Positions 13,323 through 31,559 are shown, numbered from the stretch's first letter. The stretch is 64,000 nt of DNA from the human T2T-CHM13v2.0 reference genome, Homo sapiens (GCF_009914755.1 NC_060946.1); one strand, 5' to 3'. Program-made: numbers and translations. The notes: generated from the sequence alone by a model not told the origin.

Positions 13323-14145
13323 GGGGTTGTATCTTGGAATTTGTTTCTCTAAGGGACTTATTTCACATCTAATTTGAAATTATTCTGGTTTTAAACATTA
13401 TAGAATGATAACACAATTGGTGAACCAATCATTCTGTGTTGAGGTTAACAGTATTTTTTTACTTCAATTCTCACTGAATGAGAGCAGTTTTTATACGGAG
13501 GGGCCATGCCATAACAATATCACATACTGGGGTTGTTCTCAGACTGTGAGGTTCTGCCTACACCAAGCCAGGATGAGAATTTTATTTGTCAAACTGCTCT
13601 CTCCACTTGTTTGTATCCCATAATATACCCCAAAAATGAGCATAATTTCATTTTTTATGCTGTTTGTTCTTACATTTAATACATGTACCAAAAAGTTGTC
13701 TTTGTTTTTAAAATAAAATTTTATGCTATCTTTTAATCTATGTCCCTATAGAAAAATCATGATCCATACACATTTGTTATCACAGAAAGAACAAGATAAA
13801 TTTCCTCTCTCTCTCATAAATGCCATGACCGCTGCTTTTTGGGATTATTTTTCTTAAATTATTTTTTAAACAGAAATTCATATAACTTACCTTAATCAAA
13901 TTTCTTTTCAAAGTAATCACATTTCTTTTATGTGAAAAATTATTTACCTTCTTTTATCAAAAATTATCTTAATACAAAATATGTATTGTTTTACTTTTAG
14001 AAGAAATGGAAACTATCTACACATTACTAATCTAAAAATACATGCTCTGGGTTTATATGGTGTTAACATGTCTTCCAAATTTTAAGGAATAGGTATTTAA
14101 ATGTCATGCACTTTGTTTTTAAATTTAGAAAATGTTTCAACCTTT

Positions 14146-14545
14146 TGCCTGGGCATGGTGGCTCATGCCTAGAATCCCTGCACTTTGGGAGGCCAAGGTG
14201 GGAAGATCACCTGAGCTCAAGACCAGCCTGTGCAATATGGCGAAACCCCATCTCTACAAAAAATTTCAAAAATTGGCCAGGCATGGTGGCACCACCCACA
14301 ATCCCAGCTACTCGAGAGGCTAAGATGGGAGGATTGCTGGAGCCGGAGAAGTTGAGGCTACAGAAGGTAAACTGTTGAGGCTAAAACATGGTAAATATTT
14401 AATTGTTCACTTAAAAGAAATGTTGGTTACATTGAAAAGAAATTTGGTTAACGTAAGTTAGATAAATATCTGCTTAAAAAATAATTTAAGCGAGCTGTTA
14501 GCACTACTGCATTCCAGCCTGGTCAACAGAGCAAAATCTGTTGAA
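14146..14545 (+). mobile_element. AluJ-like element split by an insert of about 125 bp
   Basis: Alu match at 14146-14365 resumes at about 14490. Confidence 0.8.
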
Positions 14546-14703
14546 AGAAAGAAAAAGAAGGAGAGAAGGGAAGGGAAGAGGGAAGGGAAAGGGGAAGGGG
14601 AAGAGGAAGACAGAGGTGGAGGGGGAGGGGTGGAGGAGGAAGAGGGAAGGGGAGAGAGAGAGAGAAAGAGACAAAGAGAGAAAGAAAGACAAAGAAAGAA
14701 GGA

Positions 14704-14751
<48 letters not shown>

Positions 14752-14858
14752 AGAAAGAGAAAGAAAAAGAAAGAAGGAAGGAAGGAAAAAAAGAAGGAGA
14801 AAAGAAAGGGACAGAAAAAGGAAGGAACGACGGGGAAAGAAAGAAAAAAAGAAAAAAT
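14543..14858. repeat. Purine-rich (GAAA)n/GA low-complexity tract
   Basis: Read directly; probably grown from the Alu tail. Confidence 0.95.
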
Positions 14859-15184
14859 ATTTCAAGCTTTTCAGTAGCAGAGACACTTCGTAATCAATAA
14901 GCAACAGAACCAAAACAAAAAAAAAAATCTACAGAACAGTCTAAATACAATTATAAACTTCTGATTCGGATATCAAAACCATTTCAATAATAAATATATG
15001 GTATGAAAACCTCACAAAGGTCAAGTAGAATGTATTATATTTGAAAGAAATTACGAGTTGAGAGTAGGAAATTTATAAATTTAATCAAACAAATAAGCAT
15101 TATGAGGAAGTTGTATTGCTAATGTATTATTTGGCAAGCTGTTCAGTGGAACACCAAGATATTCTTAAGGAAGTTGCAAATATC

Positions 15185-15393
15185 TTTTTTTTTTTTTTTT
15201 TTTTTTTGAGACGGAGTCTCGCTCTGTCGCCCCGGCTGGAGCCCACCACCACGCCCAGCTAATTTTTTGTATTTTTAGTAGAAACAGGGTTTCACCGTGT
15301 TGGCCAGGATGGTCTCGATCTCCTGACCTCGTGATCCACCCGCCTCGGCCTCCCAAAGTGCTGGGATTACAGGCGTGAGCCACCGTGCCCGGC
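15185..15393 (-). mobile_element. AluY-like element with an internal deletion
   Basis: Poly-T; junction GGCTGGAG|CCCACCACC near 15241; TSD TGCAAATATCTTTT. Confidence 0.92.
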
Positions 15394-15524
15394 TGCAAAT
15401 ATCTTTTAAGATGTTGTCATTGAAGTGGATTTTAAAAGTGAGGACATGAATACCTTTAAAAAATATTCAGGGATAAAGAGAGAAAATTAAATTTAGATTG
15501 TATACATATATAAAATGTATTTTA

Positions 15525-15895
<371 letters not shown>

Positions 15896-16069
15896 TTATT
15901 TTAAAATTTAGAAAATGCTTACAGCTTCCCACAGTGAAATTTATACTTAGATAATCTAATCAATGGATAATAATATCAAAACAGAATTCTTTGACCAATC
16001 TATTTTCTTCATTTTTAAGTCTAAATGTATACTCAAAGAAATAAAACTATTTATAATTGATTCTGCTGT

Positions 16070-17216
16070 TTGAAAATATTTACTGATCATTTACCTTGCA
16101 CCAACTGACCTCCAGCTCTGAAGATAGGTCAGTGGTAAAGTATACAAAGTTGCCCAGCTTCGTTAAACTTAAATTCTAATGAGGAAAAAAGAAGTAATTA
16201 ATCAGGGACTTTAAAACAGGAGTGTTGTGATATGGCTTGGAATTCTAATTGCTTCCTGTGCTTGCTGTGTGGAGACTGGATTGAAAAATAGGGCGATGAT
16301 AGGAGCTTAAATTCATACAGAATATGGCTAGCCTGTATTTTGAGGGCCCCTGAAATAAGAATGTATAGTAGTTCTCATTATTTCCTCAAGAAATCTCTGC
16401 AGTAGAGCTTTGGCCTTGGGAGGGAAGTACTATAGTCACCAAGTGGTGAGGGTGGGAAGGTGAATTTGCAAATACCATTTGGAATGAGTTCACTTTAAAG
16501 GTAAAGCTGGCAGGATTTTCATACATGTCAGATCTGAAAATCTGTGTGTGCGTGTGTGTGTGTGTGATAGAGAGAGAGAAAGAGAGAGAATTAGAACAAG
16601 ACAGATACAGACAGACAATGACAGAGCTGCAGAGACAGAGAGAATTAAATGGGGACACCAAGAATATTGAGCTGAGAAACTATAAAATGGGAGGTGCCAT
16701 TAAACAGAATGGGGAAGAGCAGTTTTGGGGAGTGTCAGTGGCTCCACGTAGACTTATTAATTTTGAGATTCCTAAACCACATCCAAGTGGAGAAGACAGA
16801 CAGTATTGTGTGTAGTCTAGTGTTATGGTATCATATAAAATATCAGGAAATGAATGACACAAAAATTAGTAAGAAAGCAAAGATAAGAAAGATAAAAGTC
16901 CCGAGCCTAGTGGTTATCTACTGCCTAAAAAGTAGTAGGCTGGGCATGGTGGCTCAGGCCTGTAATTCCAGCACTTTGGGAGGCCAAGTTGGGCAGATCA
17001 CCTGGGGTTGGGAGTTCAAGGCCAGCCTGACCAACATGGAGACACCTCGTCTCTACTAAAAATACAAAATTAGCCAGGCATGGTGGCGCATGCCTGTAAT
17101 ACTCAGGAGGCTGAGGCAAGAGAATTGCTTGAACCCAGGAGGTGGAGGTTGCAGTGAGTCGAGATCGAATCATTGCTCTCCAGCCTGGGCAACCAGAGCA
17201 AAACTTGGTCTCAAAC

Positions 17217-17248
<32 letters not shown>

Positions 17249-17560
17249 GAAAAAGAAAATTAGCAAAGATGAGAAGAAACCAGCAAAAAGTACTAGGTAT
17301 AATTATCAAAAATGTCAAGAGGAAAGTAGGTTAAGTGTTCTAGAATTCTATCAAAGAAAGTTTTGAAAAAAAAGAGGGAGAGATCAACTGCATTAAATGC
17401 TGCTAATACATAAATTAAGCAAAGGCTGAGGAATTACGCTTCAATTCATCATTTAACAATATGGATACCATTTGTGCTTTGATAAGAGCAATTTTCTTGG
17501 AATGAGTAGGTGAGAAACCATATTGGAGTGGTTTCTCAAAGGAATGCCTGATCTCTGGGT
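16070..17560. mobile_element. Fragmented L2 element interrupted by (TG)n(AG)n at 16543-16590 and an Alu
   Basis: AAATATTTACTGATCATTTACC and TTGATAAGAGCAATTTTCTTGGAATGAGTAGG L2-like motifs. Confidence 0.55.
16938..17260 (+). mobile_element. AluS (Sp/Sq-like)
   Basis: Consensus match, (GAAAA)n tail. Confidence 0.95.
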
Positions 17561-19662
17561 TCTTAAGGAAACTTTTTATTGAACAGGGGAGGCACAAATT
17601 GGATTAGTTTTAATTCCGGGGTCCGGACACACTCTAAACATGTGCCTCTGCATGCCTCGCTTTTTAAAGCTAGGTATCCTATTATCTTTCGATAACAAAA
17701 TAATCACCTGCAAAACCAACACATATTTAATGGACACACTTGTAAAGTGTGTACTAGAGGTTGTTGGAGAGGATGTGATTCCACGTGATAGCTTACGAGT
17801 CACTGATGGGCAGGTAAGCTGGTAAAATATCTTTGGAAAACTCACCATACCTGTTATACTTAAATATTCAGATACCAAACAGCAGAAAATCCATATTGTA
17901 ATATATTTCCATGAGAAAAAACAAGAGCTCTGTATTAAAATATTGATTATTATTAAAAATAATCCCACTGGGTTTCCTGACTTTTTTATTAGCAAGTCAG
18001 TCTCCGCCTGTTTTCAGTAGTACAACCTCTATTTAACAAATGTTTTGTATTTTTAATCAGCCACTTAGAAAAAATATTATATTTTATATCAATTCTACGT
18101 TCAGTGCCAAAACCAGTGTTTTGTACATTCCACAGAATTATTTGTTGAATAAATAATGAATAACTTAAATAAGTTATAGTATCCATATATAAATAATATA
18201 TCATCTCCGAATACAGTGATAACATTTGTTATGTAGAAAATGATTTCAATCTCAGTTAAAAATATTTTGGGCATAGGAGTTACTGTCATATAAAGATTCT
18301 CACATTGTTTTGTTTATATGAAAATGTTTGCAGTTAACGTACATTTTTGGTACCTAAGGCTTTTGCTCTTGCTGCCATAGCAAACAGTGTGCCTATTAAG
18401 AACACGAACCTGAGTTTTATTTCATTTTAACAGATTTCTTAATAAAATATATGCCACCTTATTTGGTTTAATACATAAGCAAAGAGCCATCCACTCCACC
18501 ATTGCCCCTTGTCCCTCCTCCAATGCAGCTCCTTAAGATGTTACTGATAGCAGAGGACTTTGTGTTCAACCTAAGCACTTTATAGCCCTTTTATTTTCAA
18601 CTAGGTATGAGGTAAAATAATTCAGCACCAATAAAACAAACACTCTTTAAACAATGACCCTTTTTCTTAGCCTGTTCAACAAAACGCAGCAAGACAGAGT
18701 ACACTTCTCTTTCCCAGCAAATCAGTGTTGCCACTACATTCTCTACGTTCTGAAAACTTGTATTATTGACTTTCTTACAAACACCCTTTGAGCTTATAAT
18801 TTAGATGTCATCAAATAATGTACAAAAACACGCTACTTCCTCCCCCTTCTCTTCTCTTCTTACCAGACTATTGTCAGTTTGCTTTTCTATCCAACTCCTT
18901 TCTTCTGTCTACTTGATTTTTAAAAGACTTTCTACATATTTACTATCTTGGTATTGTAGAGACCAACTATGTGGTCAAACTACACATATAGGAAGAACTG
19001 AATTATATGCAAGCATTTTTAAATAAACGATTCCTCCTCAGTTTTCTGTGATTATTTCATATAATCAAATGTCTTCCAGATACACATCCCAAACGAGTGG
19101 TTGTCAAGCTCTGCTTTGTTGTCTAATTTTATCAGAATTATCCAAAATTCTTATGATAAATACAGATGAATTAGCATAACTCCAGATTTATGAAATGAAA
19201 ATTTCCAGAACCCAGGAATATGCATTGAAAAAATGTATTCCTCACGTGGTGCTGATGTGATATGGGATCTGAGTTTAGAATCCAAGGAAAATTACCCTCC
19301 TTGCCCTCTAGTTGGCCAGAATTACCTAGTTGACCAGAGTTGCTCTCTTGTTATCTAGAGGTCCTCTTCCCTTTTCACATTCTGCTCTCTCTCCTTCTGT
19401 ACCTTCCTCCTCTCCTCCCTCCACTTCTGCTCATCCAGATCCCAAGCCCTTCTCCATTGATTCTCCTAAAACTCCAAATGGTCAGTTGCCACTAAAGTCC
19501 CTCTGTCCCATGAACAAGATTTGTGGGCAAATGTAGAATTTAAGCTTGGACAGAGCTGAATCAGAGCTGCAATTAAAGATTTCCCTAAACCCAGCAGGGA
19601 CCAGCAAATACTTATAGAAGATTAGAGATTTCTTGTGAGTGCAAAGGGCTCAGAGTGACCTG

Positions 19663-19990
19663 ATGCTATAGACCAAATCTTATGGTCCCCTCAAATTCAT
19701 GTGTTAAAATCTAATTCCCCATATGATGGGATTTGGAGGTGAGGCCTTGGAAGGTGATTAGATCATGAAAGCAGAGACTGTATGAATGGGATCAGTGTCC
19801 CTATCAAAGGGACTGCTGAGAGCTCCCTCATCTCTTCTGTCATGTGAGGACACAGTAAAAAGATGGCAGTCTATGAACAAGGAAGGAAGCCCTCATCAGA
19901 CACGAAACCTGCTGACGAGTTGACCTTGGATTTTACCATCTCCAGAAGCATGAGAAATGAATTTGTTTCTCTGCTACCTAGTGCAGTGCA
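19663..19990 (+). mobile_element. MaLR LTR (MSTD/MLT1A-like)
   Basis: TGCTATAG...CCCCTCAAATTCATGTGTTAAAATCTAATTCCCC...ATGAATGGGATCAGTGTCCC. Confidence 0.75.
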
Positions 19991-20514
19991 TTATCTTTTG
20001 GCACCCAGATTGGCTACAGTACCAACATATCAACTTGTACACGTAATTTTTGAAATTCTGATGCCAAATCTTTGATGGCAACAGGTGATTGATCTGCTGG
20101 AGGAATGGACTGACATGATCCCTCTTTCCACAATAAACCAGAGAGTAAAAACAAGCAAAAGTAGGTCAAGGTCTTCTAAAAGCCGTACCTGAAAGGTTTC
20201 CAGTAACAGTTGATTAGATGGTAATTCAATCACACAAACAACCACGGCAAAGATACACAACTATCAGACATTTTCAGAATAGCCTCTAAAACAACATCTG
20301 ACAACATTAGGGAGTTAAAGAAGGCACGAACTTTCAAAAAGTCAAACTTTATTTAAATGTTATTGTAGAAACTTGTAATTTTAACACTATGGATGAATTC
20401 TAGGGCAGGTGGTGGCATGGCATGGCGATTTGGGGGCACAAGTGCTGAGTTTTGAAGCTTCGGTTTTGATACCCTTTGGAGATGCCCCCTGGCCTCCACA
20501 CCCCTGCCCACCTG

Positions 20515-22146
<1,632 letters not shown>

Positions 22147-23239
22147 CTTGCTCTCCTGAGCATCTCCCACCAAGGGAGCTGGCTGCGGGTCTGTCCCTAG
22201 GATGTGGGTGCCTGATTACCAGAGTTCTAAGTTCTGTTAGAGTCCATCACCAAGGAAGTGAAGTCACTTCTTTAAGGTTCCGTACCCTCGGCTCCTTCCT
22301 TCAAAACCTACTCAGAACCCCCTGGGCTGCTGGCTGCTCACCCTCCCCCCAGGTCAGCTCCTTACCTGTACACAGGTAAGTCCACCCAGTGTCTGCTTGT
22401 ACACCTGTGCCTGATGTGCACCTGGGGCCTGGGAATCCACTTAGGGCCTGTGATCCAACAGGGGCCTAATGTTGATTAAAACTAATTTTGATTATTCCTA
22501 TGGAGAAGGAAAGGCCTTCTAGCAATAAGAAGCAGAGTTCCAAATCAAATACGTAAAAATGATCAAAACCTTGTAAAAGAAAAGTATCTTAATTTTAATC
22601 ACTGAAATGTTAACTTTTTGATAAATATTTAAGGTTATAATGAAAAATAAAACAATACTAATAAAATAACAGTTGCAGGAAATGCTATTGAGTTTCTTGT
22701 TTGTGGTTTGAACACTGAAAGGTCCCACCTAGTTATGGTCATAATTTCCTACCTTAATCTTCTTGTTCTTATGAGTAATAGAAAAAAACACAATGACGAT
22801 GAATGTGATGATGGTTCAAATACACAACTGAAGTTTAGTGGCAGAAACATCAGGTGCTCCCAATTACAGTGCAGCTGTTCTTACTGAGGTGAGAAAAAAA
22901 ATCTTGTTTTCAATACACACGGGAAGCAGGAGTGCACGCGGATATGACCGCATTTCTCTGAACTTATGTTTTTCACAGAAGAGCTACAGTTTATCCTGCA
23001 TTCTCCGTTCTGTGATCAAAAACCATGGAACAGAGAAGAGCATTTCAACCTGAGACTCAATTATAAGAATTGCGTCTGCCCCACCTCCCTGCAACCATAT
23101 ATGCCACCTCTCTGTGCTGAGCCTGAGGGGTTCACATATGGCACAGACTGAGGCTGGACTCAACAGTCCTTACCCTCGCAGGTGACAGGCGTTCTGGGGT
23201 CACTTGGAGGAGGGAAGCTCCTGGGCTCTGTCTTCTCCA

Positions 23240-23253
23240 CCAGCAGGGGGCAG
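23240..23253 (+). promoter_or_regulatory. Candidate CTCF site CCAGCAGGGGGCAG
   Basis: Matches the CTCF core consensus; identical in the paralogous position at 45025. Confidence 0.65.
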
Positions 23254-25392
23254 CACAGCTGCAGACAGAAGAGAGGCTGAGGCTGCCCAGAAGGAGCCTA
23301 AGAGGGAGGCCAGCCATGAAGGCTCAAAAGGTGTCCAAGGATCAGTCCTCAATTTGGAAGTCCAGTAAAGTGCATCCTATCCCCTCGGGCTGCAGTAACT
23401 CCGTCCTGACTGTAAGACTCATGCAGCGTCACTCAGGGCACTGACAGGAGCCCAGGGACAGTGAGAGCCTCACCTGGGAAATGCAGCTGGAGGCGCCTGG
23501 GCCCCGGTGTCAGCCTGGGGAGCTTCCACAGGGCTGGGATTCCCTGGGAGACGCCCCGAGGTCAAGGTGCTCTAGGAGGGGGCCACAGTGTGAGAGGACA
23601 GGGTTTCCAGGGCCCAAGCCCTTCACCTAGTATTGCTGCCTGAGCCTCCTGCCACTCTCATGGTCTTGTCCCTCTCTGATCAGCAGCATTCTGGGGAGCT
23701 GAGCCCTCAGTCCTGGGCACTTCCAGAGACCTCCCCCCGCCACCCCTTCTCCCTCTGCCTTTCCTTCCAGCTCCAGGCATACTGTGACTCAGGGGGCAGC
23801 TCCTGTGCTCAGGGGAGTCTCACGTGGGTGGGGTGGTGCACTCAGGACCCTGGCTCCAGGATGTGGCATTTCCAGCCTCCTTGAGGAGATGCTCTCCACA
23901 GGGAAGGGGATTCTCACCTGCCTCAGGCCAGAGCTCTGGCCACGAGGCTGTCCTTGGCTCAGGGACAGGATACACCTCATTGCAGGAACCAAGGACCACC
24001 CACCCTGCAGACCCCACACCCTGTCCAAAGGCTGTGTCCCTGGGATGCTTACAGCGACCATGGGGCTTAAAGTTGAATTTCCCATCAATATTTCATGTAA
24101 ACTTGCAAAAAGCACAAGAAAACCACACTGGGCTGAGAACTCTGGTGCTATTTTGCTGCTTTTTACAAGTTTACATAAAATATTGATTGGAAAAATAAAC
24201 AATGGCAGAGCTGAGGATGGCAATGGCTGGTCTACTGTGGGGATGGGGATGGCCTAGAAGTATCAGCCCCATGGGTGAAATGAGACCAGACGTCCTGATG
24301 ACTCCACATGGGTGAGTGGTTCCTTAAATGACTCAACTATTCTCACTGAAATAGTTAACTAGTGTCCTAATGACACAATCCATCATTTAGATGAAATGAC
24401 CAGGATGGGACATTTCCTCCAGCCAGGAAGACTGTGGACAAATTCATGAACTGGGCTGGCCCAGTTCACCTGGGTCTGAGACCCCCTGGATCTGAGTCCC
24501 TCCAGCCCTCCAGGCAGGCTCTGAAGAGGGGGCGTCAAGAGTGGATTTAGACTTAGGTGACCAGGATGTATTGGGGTTTGAGGACTCAGCTGTGACTTAG
24601 GGAAATGGGGCCTGATTGAATCATCAGACTGAGGTAGACATCCATCAGCTGGGCTCTGGATTTCCATTGGTCATGACAAGCCAGTCCTTGGCCTGAATAT
24701 CCTGGATCAGTCCCCAGAACTGCCCAGCTCAGGCTCAAGTCATTCTCTACAGAAAAACCAGTGGAGTGGACACTGTAGGATCTGCCCAGATTCTTTCTTC
24801 TGAGCTCACCCACCCAGCACTGCTGGGAGCTTGTGGCAGCTGAGAGCTGTGCCTTTCCTGGGAAGTGTGGCTCAGCGCAGAAAACTGCCTCCTCCAGGTT
24901 TATGCCCTTCCTCAGCAAGATTAGGTTTCATGACTGCCTGAGGCCAAGTTCTCAAGACTCTGCCTCAATATAGGAGGAAATGAAAATCCTCCCAGCTCCA
25001 CAGCTCCCTGTAGGAAAGACTGAGACCTCAATGTGCGTCAGGGTCTCTTTCCGCCCAGTGTTGCCTCCCTCACATCCTCTGTGCATGAATTCCTCATCTC
25101 AGAGTCTGCTTCCAGGGAACCCAAATTAAGATCACCAGCCATCCCCAACATGGGCCATGCGGGACCTCAGGAGGCCACTGCACACTGGAAAGCGCCCATT
25201 TATTCCTAAATTAGCACTGTGAGTATCCAAATGCCCAATGAGATCTGAGTGTTTCTTGCATTTGTATGGAATGGAAAGGGAGCCTGACTTGCCAGGTGCT
25301 CTGGGTCTGAGGGAGAGTTGGAGTCAGATCTCCCTGCAGGGAAACCCGGGGCAGGAGGAGAAGCCTCACCCCATGCAGGGACCACAGATGCA

Positions 25393-25457
25393 CCCACAGG
25401 GTGAGCTGCAGGATGGACACTGCCCACAGGGTGAGCTGCAGGATGGACACTGCCCAC
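25393..25457 (+). repeat. 30-bp perfect tandem duplication
   Basis: CCCACAGGGTGAGCTGCAGGATGGACACTG x2; single copy in the paralogs near 8535 and 55690. Confidence 0.95.
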
Positions 25458-27302
25458 CTCCACCCTCCATGCCCTGTAGAAAAAATCATTCTTTCCACCC
25501 CTCCTTCAGCCTATCAAAGTTGACACTTAAAAAGCCACCACACCCCACCCTTGTCAACAGGAAACCCATTCACATCTCCATCAGCCACACAATCTCCAAG
25601 ATTCTTCAAAAAATAATAACACTAGCTATGCAAAGTATATGATATATATCATAAATAATTGTACCTAGATTATATATGAAAATGATACTTTTTGATATGC
25701 TAGGTAAATAAAATATATTATTTAAACTCATTGACTTCTTCTCTTTGTATTTATAATGCGATGACTAGACAGTGGGATTCCCATGAGGCTCACATCATAT
25801 TGTGATTGAACAAGGCTGGTCTGCAGGGCTTCAGGTTACAGGGGCTGTGGAGTGACCTGGTGCAGGAAACCCCGTCTCCATCCATAGGACATCAGTGTGA
25901 ACCCAGGGAGAGGCGCTGGTATGAGAGATGAGAACACAGGTGTGAACCACCTGCTTGTGCAGGGGACTGAGCCTTCACTTTGAGCCAAAGAAGTTTCTTT
26001 TCCTATCTTCAATCCTGAACAAGAGGGCTTTCTGGACTTCTTTTTGTTTTCAGATTTGTGCCCCTTCAGGTTTGGGGCTGTCTGGAGTCCCAGCCAGAGG
26101 ACAGTGAGGAAATCCAGGAGTCTCACACTGACTCTGTTATATTTCATCTGCTGGGGCCATCCCAAACTGCTGTGTACCATTTCCTTTCCTGGTGCTCAAA
26201 TAGCTGCTCCATTCACCTGTCATGGTTTCAGAGATGAATCTAGGTGGGAAGACAGGACAGTGTATGTTATAATATTTAAATGGAAGCTGATTCCATTAAT
26301 ATTTATTTTAATATGAAACATTAAAAGAATTTTGTTATAGGCTATAGGGAAAGATGAAAAGAGATTAAAAGTATTTTGAAAAAATGTATTTATCGAATGT
26401 CTGTGTGTCTTCAGTGTTGCAGGGTTGAGAGAGGTCAGCTTTAGGTTGGATGTGCTCAGATGAGGAAAAGCAAGAAAGCAGGAAACACGCGGCTCTGTGA
26501 CCTGACACATAAATCACAGTAAAATGGAAATAAATCTTTCAATAAATGAAACATTCAAAATAAACGTCACTCTGGTGCACACAGAAAGGCCTATTAGCAA
26601 ACTTTCCCTTTGTCCTGCTGGCTCATATCCCCATGGATCACCTGTGTGCAGAGTGGACACTGTAGTCCCCATTTCTCAGGCTGAGAACTAGAGGCTGGGA
26701 AGGACAAGTCACCTGCTTGTGAGTGGGAGGGGCAGGATTGGGAGCAGTGGACTCGGGCTCAGGACTGCGGCCCTGGTCGGTGCTCTGTGTTCCCTCCACA
26801 GGATCCCTCCCACATGTGCCCGTGTGGATGTGGGTGCACTGCCTGGGGTGGCTGATGTGCTCCAGGGATTCGATGGTGCAGATGCTTCAGCACAAAGCTT
26901 GGGGGTGGGGATGGGATGAGGCTGCAGCTGGGGAGACCAGGGACCAATGCCACCCAGCAGAGGTTTCCACGGGGTGGGCAGCCCCATTTCCTGGCAGTAG
27001 AGACAGCCTGGAGGTGGGTGCCAAGCAGAGGGCACTGCAGGGTGTGCCCAGGCCTGGAGGGTCACAAAGACACAGGCACCACACAGCAGAGTCACTGAGG
27101 ACCAGGAGCTCACTCAGGTAAGGGATTTCAGCAGAACTTTCTCTCCTGAGCAAATCAGGTACAAAAAAATTAAGATCCTGCCATCAGAAAAGACAAACAA
27201 GAACTTTTTATCTCCTCAGCTGAGCCCCACTGTCCAGGGAAGCAGAAGTCTCTGAGCCCAGCCCAGGTGAGGGTGGGGTGAGGAGAGGAGCTCAGGGTGG
27301 AG

Positions 27303-27346
27303 ATTTGCATGGAGGCCCCACCCTCCTCTGAGGCAGAGGGGATAAG
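27303..27346 (+). promoter_or_regulatory. IGLV2-11 promoter: octamer ATTTGCAT (27303-27310) and GATAAGA box
   Basis: Consensus octamer about 100 nt upstream of the ATG. Confidence 0.9.
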
Positions 27347-27410
27347 ACAGGGCTGGGGGCAGGCCCAGTGCTGGGGTCTCAGGAGGCAGCACTCTCGGGA
27401 CGTCTCCACC

Positions 27411-27950
<540 letters not shown>

Positions 27951-28266
27951 TGAAGATGCTTCCTCACCCTGTGCAAGGGGCTTCCTGCAGCACGGCCTTG
28001 AGAATTCTTCTCTCTCAGCTCCTCTCCTTTCCCACCATGAAATCCAACAGGAAACCTGCCCTGTGGTTTCTCATCCCGGACAGGGACAGCTTCCTGGTGC
28101 TTGTGTGCTGTGGTCCCTGAATGTGCAGCTCTTCCCAGCTCTTCAAATGCAGGGACAGTGACAAGCAGCTGCCTGATTGGTGCAGTCACTGCTTTTTTTT
28201 CAGAGATGTCTTCACCCTACATGCATCACCATCTCCCACACTGTGGGTAGAATTTTAGCCAAATAT

Positions 28267-28569
28267 GGCTGGGCGCAGTGGCTCACACCTGTAATCCCAG
28301 CACTTTGGGAGGCCAAGGCTGGCAGATCATGAGGTCAGGAGATCGAGACCATCCTGGCTAATACGGTGAAACCCCATCTCTATTAAAAATACAAAAAATT
28401 AACCGGGCACGGTGGCGGGCGCCTGTAGTCCCAGCTACTTGGGAGGCTGAGGCAGGAGAATGGCATGAACCCGGGAGGCGGAGCTTGCAGGGAGCCAAGA
28501 TTCGTCACTGCACTCCAGCCTGGGTGACAGAGCAAGACTCCATCTCAAAAAAAAAAAAAAAAAAAAAAG
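28267..28569 (+). mobile_element. AluY
   Basis: Consensus match; TSD approximately AGAATTTTAGC(C)AA. Confidence 0.95.
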
Positions 28570-29001
28570 AATTTTAGCAACTACATTCTAATAGTTATCG
28601 CCACAACTTCGATCTTAAATAACAGTGCAGTGAACATCCCTATGCAGCCTCCTTTGAGTTCCTGTGTGAATATGACCATAGGATACATTTCTAAAACTGA
28701 AATTGCGGGTCAGAAAGATGTGTGTTTGTAATTTTCACCCATTGTTGTCAGATTCCCCTCCAGAGGGGTTCTACCAACTTACAATGCCAACCATAAGTAT
28801 TTGTTCAGAGTACATTGTTGAAAGTGTAAATTTTTGCCAACCTACCAGACTGAAAAATGTTATCTTGTTACAGTTTTATTTTTGAGTCTCCCATTCTGCT
28901 TAAGGTTGGGCCTTTTCACAAATAGTTCAGTACTCTTTATTTTTTTAGTATTTGGTAAACTTTTTCTTGAATATCCAAATAAGAAGAATTTTAGTCTTTG
29001 T

Positions 29002-29135
29002 GGCAAGGCACAGTGGGTCATGCCTGTAATCCCAGCAGTTTGGAAGGCTTAGACACGTAAATTGCTTGAGCCCAGGAGTTCGAGATTAGCCTGGGCAACA
29101 TAGTGAACCCTCATCTCTATTACATTAAAGAAAAT
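29002..29135 (+). mobile_element. Alu monomer (FLAM-like)
   Basis: Left-arm-only match. Confidence 0.8.
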
Positions 29136-29292
29136 AAACATAAATTTTAAAATGAAGTATTTTAGTCTTTGTGGCCCACGAATCAACTTTGGGGATATTA
29201 CATAGGTACTTACAGCACCATTTATAAAGTAACCATTTAAAATGATAAAAACCACTGTCAGCTCTGGGCCACACAAAAACAGGTGTCAGGCC

Positions 29293-31228
<1,936 letters not shown>

Positions 31229-31559
31229 TTTTAGCCAACTACATTCTAAAGGTTATTGCCACAACTTTGATCTTAAATAACAGTGCAGCGAACATCCCTG
31301 CATCCCTGCATGGAAGGAATGCCATTTCCCATAAATCACCAAATCACTCAGAATGACTACGCATAAGCCCTTAATATACGCCAGATGCATTGGTTATTGT
31401 TTTACAAGCGGGACCTCAAGAAGACTTTCATAATACGGAATAGGATGATGCAAAGCCCTATGCTCAAGGCCCGATCTTTACTAGAAAACTAGTATTGGGA
31501 GGTTACATGTTTTCCCCAAACAGATCTTTGAGGAATCCCGCAGATGCCAAAGACCTGCT

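Noticed and set aside
14458-14913. Lys/Glu/Arg-rich and Phe/Leu/Ser-rich ORFs
   Set aside because: Translations of the (GAAA)n low-complexity tract.
20010-20200. Exon-like stretch (+ strand VIDLLEEWTDMIPLSTINQRVKTSKSRSRSSKSRT*; - strand hydrophobic TLTYFCLFLLSGLLW)
   Set aside because: I cannot match it to any protein and see no partner exons; a BLASTX search would be needed.
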